From an uncultured Arcobacter sp. (lineage in GTDB: Bacteria; Campylobacterota; Campylobacteria; Campylobacterales; Arcobacteraceae), in contig OZ223300.1 of the NCBI GenBank assembly GCA_965140705.1, positions 1,248,001-1,312,000 on the forward strand: 64,000 bases of DNA, given 5' to 3'. The notes beneath the pieces are model-generated. The model was not told the origin of the DNA, made no database searches, and was given only the letters and a program-made list of their open reading frames with translations. The stretch's first letter is position 1. Each line of letters starts with the position of its first letter. The translations under genes and the position numbers were made by a program. This document shows, in pieces, positions 37,405-48,104 of this stretch.

Positions 37405-39675
37405 TTGAAAAAAAACTTTTATTTATATATTATTTTTGTACCTATCTTAGCTGTTTTAGTCTCTATTTCATTGATTACTCTTCATAATATCAATGAATTA
37501 AATACTAGTGCAGATGAAGATATAAAGGCTTTTACAAAAAACTATCTAATTGAACAAAAGACAAAAATTTATAATAGGGTTCATTTCTTCTCAAATATCA
37601 TAAAAGTCAAAACAGATGAATTTAAAAGTGAAGAAAAAATGAGTTTAAAATATAATACGGAAAAAATAGAATACTTTACTAAACATCTTTTTACCCATGA
37701 TAGTTATTATGATAGTGACACAAAAAATAAAATAAAAGTGCAGATGATAAATCATCTGTTTAAAAATGACTATATAAATATTATTTTTGACTTAAAGAAC
37801 AAAAAATTATTATTTGATGGAAAGAATCTTCTTAAAGATGTAAATCTTAAATCTTTAAGTGATATAACGGGAGTAACAGTTTTAAATAAATTTAGAAAAT
37901 TTGATAGATATATCAAATTTGATTTAAAGGGAAAGAGATATATTTTTTATGCAAAAAAGACAGATTCTCAATTATTAATTTTAAGTGGTGATAGTATTGA
38001 TACCATTAATGAAGAGATAAAAAATAAAATTTTAAACTCCCTTTTAAATTTTGATGTTGATGATACTTATTATCTTTTTATAATAGAGTTATTTAATAAA
38101 AATGGTGGAGACAACTATGGAAAAATATTACTTCATCAATCAATTCCAACATTACAAGGTCAATATTTAACTACAAACACTAAAGATGAGCGTTTAAGAA
38201 AATATAGGCTTAGGTATTTAGATGTTATTAAAAACTTTGGGGAAGGTTTTATTACATATGATTATACTAAGCCAGAAAGTAAAGAGGTTTTCAAAAAACT
38301 CTCTTTCTTTTATTTACAAAAAGATTGGAATTGGATTATTGGAACTGGATTTTATTTTGATGATTTGGAGTTTAAAACAGAAGAGTTTAAAGCATCAATT
38401 GAGAAGAAAATAAAAAGAAGTGTTAATACAGCAATTGTAGTTGGTATTTTACTGATTATTTTTATATCAATTGCTATTTATTTTATAACTTCAAAATTAA
38501 ATAAGATAATCAATGATTATTCAAATGATTTAAATAAAAGTAATGAGAGTTTACGAAAACAAAAGGATGTTTTTAAAACACTTTTTGATAAATCTACTGA
38601 TGGAATTATTCTTTACTCAGAAGATGGATATATTATTAATTGTAATGATTCTGTAGTAAGGATGTTAGAGTATGAAGATAAATCTTTTATTATAAATAAA
38701 AAATTACAAAATATATCGCCTAAAAAACAAAATGAAAATGATACTTCCATATTAAAAGAGAAACTCTTTCAAATAGTCTCTTTTAATAATCAAACTTATA
38801 ATTTCGAGTGGGTATTTCTTTCAAAAAATGGAAGAAAACTATTTTGCGAGATAAGAACAACAAGATTAATTTTGGATGATAATAATATTATTCATGCAAT
38901 AATTCGAGATATAACATATAAAAAAGAGTTAGAAGAGAAAAATAAAAGACAACAAGTTATGCTTGCTGAAGAGTCTAAAAAATCAGCCTTAGGTGAAATG
39001 CTTACAATGATAGCACACCAATGGAGACAACCTTTAAATAATATAAATTTATTGATTCATTTTGTCAGAGATACTTTTGATACAGGCAAATTTTCAAAAG
39101 AAGAAATAAAAGATATAACTTTGGATATGAAAAGACAAATTGATTATCTATCAAATACAATCAATGATTTTACAAACTTTACAAATCCTAAAAAAGAAAA
39201 AACTCTTTTTTGTGTAAAAGATGCTATCGAAAAGACTTATAATTTAGCTATTGCACAATTTGAGAAAAATAATATTAAAGTACTAATAGAATCAGATGAG
39301 ATAGAGGTATATGGAATAGAAAATGAGTTTATGCAAGTTATTCTAAACATCTTAAACAATTCAAAAGATGCGCTTATCGAATGCAAGAATAAAGAAAAAT
39401 TACTATTTATAAATGCAAAAAAAGTAGATAATAAATTAGTACTAACTATTAAAGATACAGCAGGTGGAATCTCTAACAAAGTCATTTCTAGAATATTTGA
39501 CCCATATTTTACAACTAAACATAAAAACAATGGTACAGGGATTGGTCTATATATGTGTAATCAAATAATCAAGCAGTATAAAAATGGTGAAATAAAAGCT
39601 GATAATGAAAGCTTTACTTACAAGGGTAATTTTTATAAAGGTGCAGTATTTACCATTGTTTTAGACTTAGACTAG
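37405..39675 (+). CDS. Sensor histidine kinase (Cache + PAS); no adjacent response regulator
   Basis: WNWIIGTG Cache end, PAS (IINCN...FEWVF...IRDIT), AHQWRQPL, DTAGG and GTGIGL motifs. Confidence 0.92.
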   Translation: MKKNFYLYIIFVPILAVLVSISLITLHNINELNTSADEDIKAFTKNYLIEQKTKIYNRVHFFSNIIKVKTDEFKSEEKMSLKYNTEKIEYFTKHLFTHDSYYDSDTKNKIKVQMINHLFKNDYINIIFDLKNKKLLFDGKNLLKDVNLKSLSDITGVTVLNKFRKFDRYIKFDLKGKRYIFYAKKTDSQLLILSGDSIDTINEEIKNKILNSLLNFDVDDTYYLFIIELFNKNGGDNYGKILLHQSIPTLQGQYLTTNTKDERLRKYRLRYLDVIKNFGEGFITYDYTKPESKEVFKKLSFFYLQKDWNWIIGTGFYFDDLEFKTEEFKASIEKKIKRSVNTAIVVGILLIIFISIAIYFITSKLNKIINDYSNDLNKSNESLRKQKDVFKTLFDKSTDGIILYSEDGYIINCNDSVVRMLEYEDKSFIINKKLQNISPKKQNENDTSILKEKLFQIVSFNNQTYNFEWVFLSKNGRKLFCEIRTTRLILDDNNIIHAIIRDITYKKELEEKNKRQQVMLAEESKKSALGEMLTMIAHQWRQPLNNINLLIHFVRDTFDTGKFSKEEIKDITLDMKRQIDYLSNTINDFTNFTNPKKEKTLFCVKDAIEKTYNLAIAQFEKNNIKVLIESDEIEVYGIENEFMQVILNILNNSKDALIECKNKEKLLFINAKKVDNKLVLTIKDTAGGISNKVISRIFDPYFTTKHKNNGTGIGLYMCNQIIKQYKNGEIKADNESFTYKGNFYKGAVFTIVLDLD

Positions 39676-41442
39676 TTGATTTTTGATAAACTCTTGATAA
39701 TGTCCTTCCACATCTTCAAGTTCATCATGTGTCCCTCTTTGGACAATTTCACCACTTTCTAAAACAAAGATTTTATCTGCATTTTTTACAGTACTTAATC
39801 TATGTGCAATAGTAATTACAGTTTTATCTTTTAAAATAGGTTGTAAAGAGTTAAAAAGTTTTGTTTCTGTATGAACATCTAAAGCTGATGTGGATTCATC
39901 AAAAATAACAACATTAGCTTTTGATACAATCATTCTTGCTATTGAGAGTCTTTGTCTTTGACCTCCGCTTAATCTAACTCCATGTTTACCTACAATTGTA
40001 TCTAAACCATTTGGCATATCTTGGATACTTTCATATAGTTGAGCTACTTTAAGTGCTTCATAGATATCTTCATCATTAATATTTTCATTATCCATTGAAA
40101 TATTAAATCTAAGGGTATTATTAAATAAAATAGGCATTTGCAGGACTAAAAATATGTTTTTTCTCAAGGATTCTTTATTTATTTGGTTTGTATTTATACC
40201 ATTATAAGTGATTACCCCAGAATTTTTTTGATAAAAACCAGAAATAATTTGAGCTAAGGTAGTTTTACCACTTCCACTAGCCCCTATTAGAGCAACTTTA
40301 TCTTTAGGTTTGATATTTAAAGTAATATCTTTTAAAATGGGTTTATCTTCTATATATGAGAAATATAGGTTTTTTATATCTATCTCTATATCTTTTATCT
40401 CAAGTGGTAGTTCAATGCTTCCAGTATTTTCTTTTTTTAGTTGGAAAATTTTGTTTATTCTTTTTAATGCGGCATTCGCATTTGCATAAGAGTATTGAAT
40501 AGATAGAATATCTTGAATAGGTGTCATTATAAACCAAATATAGCCAAACATCGCAAACATCATACCTATTGATAGATTACTATAGGCAACCATTATAAGT
40601 CCTGATGCTCTTAAAACTTCAAAAGCAACTAAGAATATAGTAAATGAAAATCTCTCATAAGCTACACTTTTAAAATTAAATTCGTCTGATGTCTCTTTTA
40701 CATTTAGTGCATTTTTTATTGATTGATTAAAAAAATATTTCTCTTTATTACTTGCTTTTATTTGACCAAATAAATCAAGTGTTTCTCCTAAATTATTCTG
40801 GAAGTTCTCAACTGCTTCATTCTCTTTTCTCTTTAGTTGTCCAACACTTCTTGATATCTTTTTTGATAATAATATAATTACTGGTTGAATAAAAAGAATC
40901 ATAAATCCCAAAAGAGGGTGTATTGAAATCATTACAATAGAAACACCAATTAAAGTTAAAATTGAAGATATAAACTTACTAGCACCATTTATTATAAATG
41001 AATCCAAAGTATTTACATCTGTAACTAAATTTGAAGTAATAGCTCCTGAACCCATACTTTCATATTCATTCATATTTACTTGTTTTAGGTGTAATAGCAC
41101 TTTTTCTCTTATTTTAAAAGTTACATATTTTGATATCTTAGTAAAAATTTTAGTAGTGATTGCATTAAATAAAAAGTATAAAATTCTTAAAAGTATAACT
41201 GCAATTGTTACAATTGCAATATAATAAAATGCACTTCCTGAACCAAAAAAATAATTAATATTATTTACAAAGAAGGCTGGTTTTTTTAATAAAACTTCAT
41301 CAACAAGTGCTGGAAGCATCAAAGGTATAGGAATACTTATGCAAATAGCAACAAATGTAAAAAATTGACCCCAAAGAAGATCTTTTCTATTTTCTATTAT
41401 TAATTTGAATATTTTTTTTAAAGTAATGGTGTCTTTTTTCAT
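39667..41442 (-). CDS. ABC exporter, fused permease/ATPase
   Basis: N-terminal TM domain; GASGSGKT, LSGGQ, DESTSALD and IAHRLST motifs. Confidence 0.92.
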   Translation of the reverse strand: MKKDTITLKKIFKLIIENRKDLLWGQFFTFVAICISIPIPLMLPALVDEVLLKKPAFFVNNINYFFGSGSAFYYIAIVTIAVILLRILYFLFNAITTKIFTKISKYVTFKIREKVLLHLKQVNMNEYESMGSGAITSNLVTDVNTLDSFIINGASKFISSILTLIGVSIVMISIHPLLGFMILFIQPVIILLSKKISRSVGQLKRKENEAVENFQNNLGETLDLFGQIKASNKEKYFFNQSIKNALNVKETSDEFNFKSVAYERFSFTIFLVAFEVLRASGLIMVAYSNLSIGMMFAMFGYIWFIMTPIQDILSIQYSYANANAALKRINKIFQLKKENTGSIELPLEIKDIEIDIKNLYFSYIEDKPILKDITLNIKPKDKVALIGASGSGKTTLAQIISGFYQKNSGVITYNGINTNQINKESLRKNIFLVLQMPILFNNTLRFNISMDNENINDEDIYEALKVAQLYESIQDMPNGLDTIVGKHGVRLSGGQRQRLSIARMIVSKANVVIFDESTSALDVHTETKLFNSLQPILKDKTVITIAHRLSTVKNADKIFVLESGEIVQRGTHDELEDVEGHYQEFIKNQLV

Positions 41443-41546
41443 ATAGGGATTATAGCTTTGTTATTTTAATAGCTTATTAATTCAAAATTATTGTAATTTT
41501 TTTAAAATATAATTTAAATCAAAAACCTTTTTAGCTATTATTTCAT

Positions 41547-41992
41547 ATGGAAAAAATAGTAAGTACAAGAGAATTAAAAAAGAACTTTTTAGAGTTATGT
41601 AATGAAATATCAAATGATGACTCAAAAGCCTTATTAGATTTAAAAAATACAGAAAAAATTGAATTTATGTTAAAGCCTTATTGTACTGAAGAATATCCAA
41701 TAAGAAAAGTTCTTATTTTATATCACAGGTATGCATGTGTTGCTTTTATTTCAGCGGAGTTTATAAAAAATGCAAAGGTTTATATAGATGATGTTTTGAC
41801 TAAGTATATAGTTTTGGCACTTGTAAATAAACCAGATCCAGATGAAGTTTCAGTTGTTTACTCAAACGTAGATGCTCTTTCTCGGTTTCCAACTAGACCA
41901 ATTTCTATAAAAGATATAATCACATATTAGAATCTGAAAATGTAGAAGAGACTTTAAGAGAATTTTATAAAAAGAAACAACTATTTTTTTAA
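41547..41992 (+). pseudogene. Hypothetical protein with a probable 1-nt frameshift near the C-terminus (in-frame stop at 41928-41930)
   Basis: ORF stops at ...DIITY*, but the -1 frame continues LESENVEETLREFYKKKQLFF* to 41992, overlapping the convergent gene's stop by 4 nt. Confidence 0.55.
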
Positions 41993-42618
41993 TTTAAAAT
42001 CTCTAAAATATCTTCTAATTTTGATATTCTATATTTTGCTTTTGAAAAATCTTGAGTTTTTGTAAATTCATTATGTACAATTGCACAATCAATATTCGCA
42101 CTATGAGCAGCAATTAAACCTCTTTGCGAGTCTTCTATTACTATAGCTTCATCATTTTTAGCATTAAATTTTTCTAAACCTTTTAAATAAGGATCAGGAT
42201 GTGGTTTAGATTTAGGATAATCTTCAACACATAAAACAAAATCCATAAAGTCTGTGATACCACGATTTTTATGAATTATTTCAAAATCAACACGTCTTGA
42301 AGTAGTAACAATTCCCATTTTATATTTTTTGCTAAGTTCATTCAATACATCGTGTACATTTTCAATAGCAATATCTTCTTTTTTTAAATACTCTTGATAA
42401 TATATATCTCTTTTGTTTCTTGCTATTATAATCTCTTCCTCTGTGGCATTAGGAGCAGCAACCCAAACTCCATTTCCATAAGTCATAATTTTCATATAAT
42501 CATCAAATTGAATATTTACATTAAAAAATTCTTTTAAAGCTCTTTTACTAGCTTCAAAATAAAGTGGTTCCGTTTCTACTAAAACTCCGTCATTATCAAA
42601 AAGTATATATTTTTTCAT
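41989..42618 (-). CDS. HAD-superfamily phosphatase (subfamily IA, beta-PGM/CbbY-like)
   Basis: FDNDGVLVETE, VTTS, KPHPDPY and IEDSQRG motifs; start moved to MKKYILF. Confidence 0.9.
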   Translation of the reverse strand: MKKYILFDNDGVLVETEPLYFEASKRALKEFFNVNIQFDDYMKIMTYGNGVWVAAPNATEEEIIIARNKRDIYYQEYLKKEDIAIENVHDVLNELSKKYKMGIVTTSRRVDFEIIHKNRGITDFMDFVLCVEDYPKSKPHPDPYLKGLEKFNAKNDEAIVIEDSQRGLIAAHSANIDCAIVHNEFTKTQDFSKAKYRISKLEDILEILN

Positions 42619-43015
42619 ATAATATGTATTTCTCCAAATAATCACTAACAATTATATTATGTTCATTTAATCTATCTCTTACAAAAACTATTTTTACTTT
42701 GCCATTATCCATATAAAATGCACCAATAGCATTTTTATAATAATTTAATTGTATTAAACTAGAAGCTAATATTGGTTTATCATTTATAATTTTTAATCTA
42801 TAGTATTCATTTATAAATATAAGGTCACTTTTATATAGTTCTTTTGTGTATTTTATATTTTTAAAATCAAACTCAGGATTTCCAATATTATAAATTAGTA
42901 TCTCTTTTTTATTTGGAAATAATTCATGAAATATCTTTTCATTGTATTTAGAATATAAATTTCCTGCTTTTACTAAACTAGTAATTATAAGTAGGGTTAA
43001 TAATATTTTTTTCAA
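42596..43015 (-). CDS. Hypothetical exported protein
   Basis: Signal peptide, SD AGGAG plus TTG; NAIGAFY motif. Confidence 0.65.
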   Translation of the reverse strand: MKKILLTLLIITSLVKAGNLYSKYNEKIFHELFPNKKEILIYNIGNPEFDFKNIKYTKELYKSDLIFINEYYRLKIINDKPILASSLIQLNYYKNAIGAFYMDNGKVKIVFVRDRLNEHNIIVSDYLEKYILYEKIYTF

Positions 43016-43060
43016 AATAAATTATTTCACTCCTGATTTATTGTTTATATTTTAGGCACT

Positions 43061-43807
43061 CTATTCATATGGCATTGGAACAGGAGGCAACTCTCTGAAT
43101 GATTCTTTAATAGCATTTGTTATGCTATTTCTATATTTATAATTTTCTATTGGATTACTAAATTGCAAAAGTTCTTTTGCATTTTCTAATCCTCTTTCTT
43201 TTTTGTATACAAAGGCAACTTTTTTGCCCATATCTTCTGTTCTATTAAATATTGTATTACTATAAGTTCGAATAAATGTAAACTCTTTTTGGCTTATTTT
43301 ATCTCCCCAACAAAAAAATACAAACTTCCCTGCAGGAACAATATTATTTGCATCTTGATACATAATATCTCTATCAAATTCTGTATTTTGCATTGAGTAA
43401 TATTTCTCTAAATCTTGATCAAATTTTGTAAGTAAAGTAGTAGAATTTATATTTTTTTCTATTAGATTAAATAGACTTTTTATCTCAACTAGTTTACCTT
43501 TTAATCTAGGTCCAAAGGCATGTTTAAATATAGTGATATATGTTTCACATTTTAATTCAGTAAATTCATCAAAGTTATCAAAATCTTGATCTAATAAAAA
43601 TTTTTCTGAATCATATCCTATAGGAGTAACAACTGGATTATATACAAATATTGTTCCTTCTATATTTTTTTTTCTATCTTTTTTTGTTTTTATCATATTT
43701 TCAAATTGTTCTGGAGTTATCTCTTCTTCATCATAGTTAAAATATAAATAACTTGATGTTAAAAAAATTTCATCATATTTAGTCTCAATTTTACCAAAAT
43801 ATTGCAT
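43061..43807 (-). CDS. Hypothetical protein
   Basis: 248-aa ORF with SD AAGG; no recognised motif. Confidence 0.75.
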   Translation of the reverse strand: MQYFGKIETKYDEIFLTSSYLYFNYDEEEITPEQFENMIKTKKDRKKNIEGTIFVYNPVVTPIGYDSEKFLLDQDFDNFDEFTELKCETYITIFKHAFGPRLKGKLVEIKSLFNLIEKNINSTTLLTKFDQDLEKYYSMQNTEFDRDIMYQDANNIVPAGKFVFFCWGDKISQKEFTFIRTYSNTIFNRTEDMGKKVAFVYKKERGLENAKELLQFSNPIENYKYRNSITNAIKESFRELPPVPMPYE

Positions 43808-43935
43808 TATTGCCTTTCTTATTTTTAATCTAATAAGGAAAAGATTCCTTTAATATTTTATAATTATACTTAAAACTTTTATTTTTTGTATTAAGAAGTT
43901 ATAAAATATAATATTTTGATTTTTTATATTAAAAA

Positions 43936-44874
43936 TTAGTATCTTTCATTAAGTTCATTTAGTAATTTAAATAGTTCTTGCGGATCAACTAATATTCCAT
44001 GAATCCTTGTACCAAAATGTAAGTGTGGACCTGTTATTCTTCCTGTATCCCCAGATAAACCTATTCTCTGATCTCTTTTAACTTTTTGACCTTTTTTTGC
44101 TAAAATTTTACTTAGGTGAAAATAACATGTAAAAATACCTTGTCCATGGTCAATTATGATTGAGTTTCCAGAATAAAATCTATTTCCAGCAAATCTTATA
44201 ATTCCATCATTAGCTGCTCCTACAGGAGTTCCAATATCTGCCCTAAAATCAATTCCACTATGGTAACTTTTTAATTGACCATTATAAACTCTTTTAGTAC
44301 CAAAATCACTTGTGATTTTACTATACATTGGAAAAGTAAAATCTTTTTCCCAAAGCATCTCTTTTGTATTGGTATTGTAAATCTGCATTGCTTCTTTATA
44401 TTCTGTGTTAGCTCTTAGCTTATCTTTATTACTTAAATTTATTTTTGAGTTTGCTACTTCTATCTTTTCACTTTTATAATTTCCATTATAAATATATATT
44501 TTAATTGAGGTAAATAATCTTCTATTATTTTTCACATATGAAATTATAACTTTTTCACTTTCTAGTTTATGATAGTAAGAAATAGGAACAAGAGCATAAA
44601 AAGAGTCTTTTTTAAAAGGCTCTTTATAAAAAGGTAAATTAATATTCCCAAGAGTTAATTTAGGATCTGAAATCTTTTCATTTATTATTTGTATTAATAA
44701 AGTTTGTCCATTAGCGATATTTTTTTCATATTTTATTTGCAATGGATTATCTTTATTTAAATACAAATTTTTTGCATTATTAATATTATTTTGATATTGA
44801 TAAACATTTATTGAGTTTGAAAAAGTAAGGCTCGCAAATAGTGACAAAAGTAAGGTGTTTCTAAAAATATTCAT
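43936..44874 (-). CDS. M23 family metallopeptidase
   Basis: HSGID, IDHGQG, YFHLS and TGPHLHF motifs. Confidence 0.92.
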   Translation of the reverse strand: MNIFRNTLLLSLFASLTFSNSINVYQYQNNINNAKNLYLNKDNPLQIKYEKNIANGQTLLIQIINEKISDPKLTLGNINLPFYKEPFKKDSFYALVPISYYHKLESEKVIISYVKNNRRLFTSIKIYIYNGNYKSEKIEVANSKINLSNKDKLRANTEYKEAMQIYNTNTKEMLWEKDFTFPMYSKITSDFGTKRVYNGQLKSYHSGIDFRADIGTPVGAANDGIIRFAGNRFYSGNSIIIDHGQGIFTCYFHLSKILAKKGQKVKRDQRIGLSGDTGRITGPHLHFGTRIHGILVDPQELFKLLNELNERY

Positions 44875-44879
44875 AACGT

Positions 44880-45074
44880 TTAAAATTCATTTCCTTCTAT
44901 TAAATTATAACTAAATGTTGTTACTATACCATCTTCAACATTGTAAGAAACTTCAATGGGTCTGCAACAAACTTCACAATCATCTACTATTTCCGTATAT
45001 CCAAAGACTCCCGTATCTACTAAAATAGTTATAGCTTGTCTACAATAAGGACATGTTAAGTTTAACTCTTCCAT
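44880..45074 (-). CDS. CPXCG-motif cysteine-rich protein
   Basis: CPYC...DCEVCCRPI. Confidence 0.85.
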   Translation of the reverse strand: MEELNLTCPYCRQAITILVDTGVFGYTEIVDDCEVCCRPIEVSYNVEDGIVTTFSYNLIEGNEF

Positions 45075-45160
45075 TAGCTTACCTTTTTAAATGTATAATA
45101 TCATATTTATAACAAACTTGCTATAATCGCATAAAATTATGAAAATTATTGGAGAAATTT

Positions 45161-45871
45161 ATGGGTAGAGCCTTTGAATATAGAAAAGCAGCCAAAATGA
45201 AAAGATGGGGAAACATGTCAAGAGTTTTCCCAAAATTAGCACGGGCAATTGAAGTAGCAGCAAAAGCTGGAGTTCCAGATCCTGAGATGAATTCAGCACT
45301 TAGAACTGCAATTTTAAATGCAAAAGCTGAAAATATGCCAAAAGCAAATATTGATGCAGCTATTAAAAGAGCATCAGGAAAAGATTCAGCAAACTTTTCT
45401 GAAGTAAACTTTGAAGGTAAAGGACCTCATGGTGTTTTGATTTTTGTAGAAACTGCTACAGATAACAATACAAGAACAGTTGCAAATGTTAAAATGTATT
45501 TTAATAAAAATGGTGGTTCTATGGCTCCTACTGGTTCATTAGAATTCTTTTTTGATAGAAAAGCAATTTTTGAATTTAAAAAAACTGAAGACATGAATAT
45601 TGAAGAGTTAGAACTTGAATTAATTGATGCTGGTTTAGAAGAGATTGAAGAAGAAGATGGCGTTGTTTTAGTAACAGCTGATTATAAAGATTTTGGTACT
45701 TTAAATAAAGCATTTGAAGATATGGGAATTGAACTTACAAAAGCAAAATTAGAGCGAATTTCAAATAATCCTCAAGAATTTACAGAAGAACAACAAGAAG
45801 ATATCGGTAAATTATTAGAAAAAATTGAAGATGATGATGATGTTCAAGCTGTTTATACAAATATAGCATAA
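45161..45871 (+). CDS. yebC: YebC/PmpR family protein
   Basis: [28 protein letters not shown] and [10 protein letters not shown] motifs; TGCTATAAT at 45119-45127 and SD GGAG. Confidence 0.93.
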   Translation: MGRAFEYRKAAKMKRWGNMSRVFPKLARAIEVAAKAGVPDPEMNSALRTAILNAKAENMPKANIDAAIKRASGKDSANFSEVNFEGKGPHGVLIFVETATDNNTRTVANVKMYFNKNGGSMAPTGSLEFFFDRKAIFEFKKTEDMNIEELELELIDAGLEEIEEEDGVVLVTADYKDFGTLNKAFEDMGIELTKAKLERISNNPQEFTEEQQEDIGKLLEKIEDDDDVQAVYTNIA

Positions 45872-45889
45872 TAGCAAAATAGGATTTAA

Positions 45890-46432
45890 ATGAGTCAATC
45901 AAGTGATTTACCTATTCCTTTAGATGATGGTAAATGTAATCATCTAATGGGAATGAATTTACCAAATGTAGTTTTAACTTCTACAAGTGATAAGAGGGTT
46001 GATTTATCAAATCTAAAAGGCTTGAGTGTACTTTATTTTTATCCTAAAACAGGAAGACCAGATATAAAATCACCTGATGGCTGGGATGAAATCCCAGGGG
46101 CAAAAGGTTGTACTCCACAATCTTGCTCTTTCAGAGATAAGAATGAAATCTTTGAAAAACTTAATGTTAAAGTTTATGGAATAAGTACTCAATCAACTTC
46201 CTACCAAAAAGAAGTTGTGCGAAGATTACATTTACCATATGAAATACTTAGTGATGAAGAGTTAAAATTAACAAAAGAGCTAAATTTACCTACTTTTGAT
46301 ATTGATAATATGATTTTAACTAAAAGAATTACATTGATATGTAAAGATAGTGAAATAATTAAAGTTTTTTATCCTGTTTTCCCTCCTGAAAAAAATCCAG
46401 AAGAAGTACTTGACTGGATAGAAAAAAATTAG
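45890..46432 (+). CDS. Peroxiredoxin (BCP/PrxQ-like)
   Basis: YFYPK...PGAKGCTPQSCSFRD and FYPVFPP motifs. Confidence 0.88.
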   Translation: MSQSSDLPIPLDDGKCNHLMGMNLPNVVLTSTSDKRVDLSNLKGLSVLYFYPKTGRPDIKSPDGWDEIPGAKGCTPQSCSFRDKNEIFEKLNVKVYGISTQSTSYQKEVVRRLHLPYEILSDEELKLTKELNLPTFDIDNMILTKRITLICKDSEIIKVFYPVFPPEKNPEEVLDWIEKN

Positions 46433-46485
46433 CTTAATGCTTGATAGGATTTTCCTATTTGCATTTATTTAATACCTTTACTACT

Positions 46486-47241
46486 TTATCTTTTATTCTT
46501 TTTAATCTCTTGTATTACTTTAGAAATATCTGCAATTCTTGTACTAGAATTTGGGTGTGTTGATAAAAATTCAATTGATTCTTTTTTACCTTTACTCATA
46601 TTTTGCCAAAATTTTAAAGCCTCATCAATATTATATCCAGCTTTATACATAAGATGTATTCCTATCTCATCAGCTTCACTCTCTTGCATCCTTCCATATG
46701 GTAATAAAACTCCATATTGGGTTCCTAATCCATACGCTGCGTTGAAGGCATTTGTATATTCTGGTGCTTGAGAACCTAATACAATATTTCCTAATACTTG
46801 TGCTCCTTGGGCTAACATTCCCGTTGTCATTCTCTCAGCACCATGACGTGCAAGTGCATGGGCAATCTCATGGGACATTACAGTTGCTAATTGATCATCA
46901 TTTTTAGCAACACTTAGTATTCCCGTATAAACTACAACTTTTCCTCCAGGAAGGCAAAAGGCATTTTTCTCTTTATTTTCTACTAAATTAAATTCCCATT
47001 TATAATCTTTTCTATTGGCTACTTTTGCGATTCTTTGACCAATCTCTTTTATTTTTCTTGATTCTTTAGTATTTGTTATTACTTTTGATTTTTTTAAAGT
47101 ATCTTCATAAGATTTTTCACCTAAAGCTAACTCTTGATCTTTAGATATCAAAATCATTTGTGATCTATTTGTAAAGGGAGCTTTACTTGTACATCCAATT
47201 AGCGAAAAAAATAAAAGTAATACTAAAATATATCTTTTCAT
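46486..47241 (-). CDS. M48 family zinc metallopeptidase lipoprotein
   Basis: Lipobox LIGC, NAFCLPGG, HEIAH, ESEAD and LSTHP motifs. Confidence 0.92.
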   Translation of the reverse strand: MKRYILVLLLFFSLIGCTSKAPFTNRSQMILISKDQELALGEKSYEDTLKKSKVITNTKESRKIKEIGQRIAKVANRKDYKWEFNLVENKEKNAFCLPGGKVVVYTGILSVAKNDDQLATVMSHEIAHALARHGAERMTTGMLAQGAQVLGNIVLGSQAPEYTNAFNAAYGLGTQYGVLLPYGRMQESEADEIGIHLMYKAGYNIDEALKFWQNMSKGKKESIEFLSTHPNSSTRIADISKVIQEIKKNKR

Positions 47242-47243
47242 TA

Positions 47244-48032
47244 TCATCCTTTATCTATTTTAAATTTTATCATTTCACCTGTAATATCACCAAAAATAAG
47301 TACATCTTTTAAAACAGCTTTATTACAAAAGCCTTCTTTATTTAAAGATATAAAAAGTTCTCCATTTGAACTTGAAAATATTTTTTGATGAATTGCAACT
47401 ATAAACTTTTTATTTTTAGTATTTAAAGCCTCTTGTAACTCTTTATAAGCTTTATTTTTAGGAATTATTATATCTAATTTTCCATTATCTTTATTTGCAC
47501 CAATAGCTATAAAAGCATAACTATTGCCTTGCTCAAAACTAGGAACAACTTTAGTTATATTAAAAAAAAGTGATAATAAATCATTTGTTGCAAAAAAATT
47601 TGTGAACTCATTTGACTCATTAACTTCCCAAGATTCTTTCTTTTTTAAGTTTTCGTCATATTTTATATTAACTTTTTTTTCATATTTTTTAATTAAAATT
47701 TGCTTATTTTTATAGTCAAAAAGATAATTTTTTTTTCTTTTTTTATAGTCATTATTTGTAATAGTTATATATTTATTGGGAATAAGTAAATTGTTTTTTA
47801 TCTCTCCATAGCTTTCATAATACTCTTCTTTATTGCTACTTAAAAATTTTGCAATACCAGTTGCATAAGCATGTACTTTTATTTTATAAGTATTATTAGG
47901 AAGAATTTCAAGGCTTGTTTTTGCAAGACCTAATTCTCCAAAAATGCCATAACTTATTTTATATGTAGCCTCAAAGGTTTTAGCATTTAAAAATATAGAT
48001 AAAAAGATTATAAATATAATTATTTTGTTCAT
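47244..48032 (-). CDS. DUF3108-like exported protein
   Basis: Signal peptide, YKISYGIFG, DLLSLFF and LKDVLIFGD motifs. Confidence 0.65.
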   Translation of the reverse strand: MNKIIIFIIFLSIFLNAKTFEATYKISYGIFGELGLAKTSLEILPNNTYKIKVHAYATGIAKFLSSNKEEYYESYGEIKNNLLIPNKYITITNNDYKKRKKNYLFDYKNKQILIKKYEKKVNIKYDENLKKKESWEVNESNEFTNFFATNDLLSLFFNITKVVPSFEQGNSYAFIAIGANKDNGKLDIIIPKNKAYKELQEALNTKNKKFIVAIHQKIFSSSNGELFISLNKEGFCNKAVLKDVLIFGDITGEMIKFKIDKG

Positions 48033-48104
48033 AATTAATTATAACATACAAAGTTTTATACTATTTTCTATTATAATACTTGCAAATTTTGCAAGGACTA
48101 TTTA

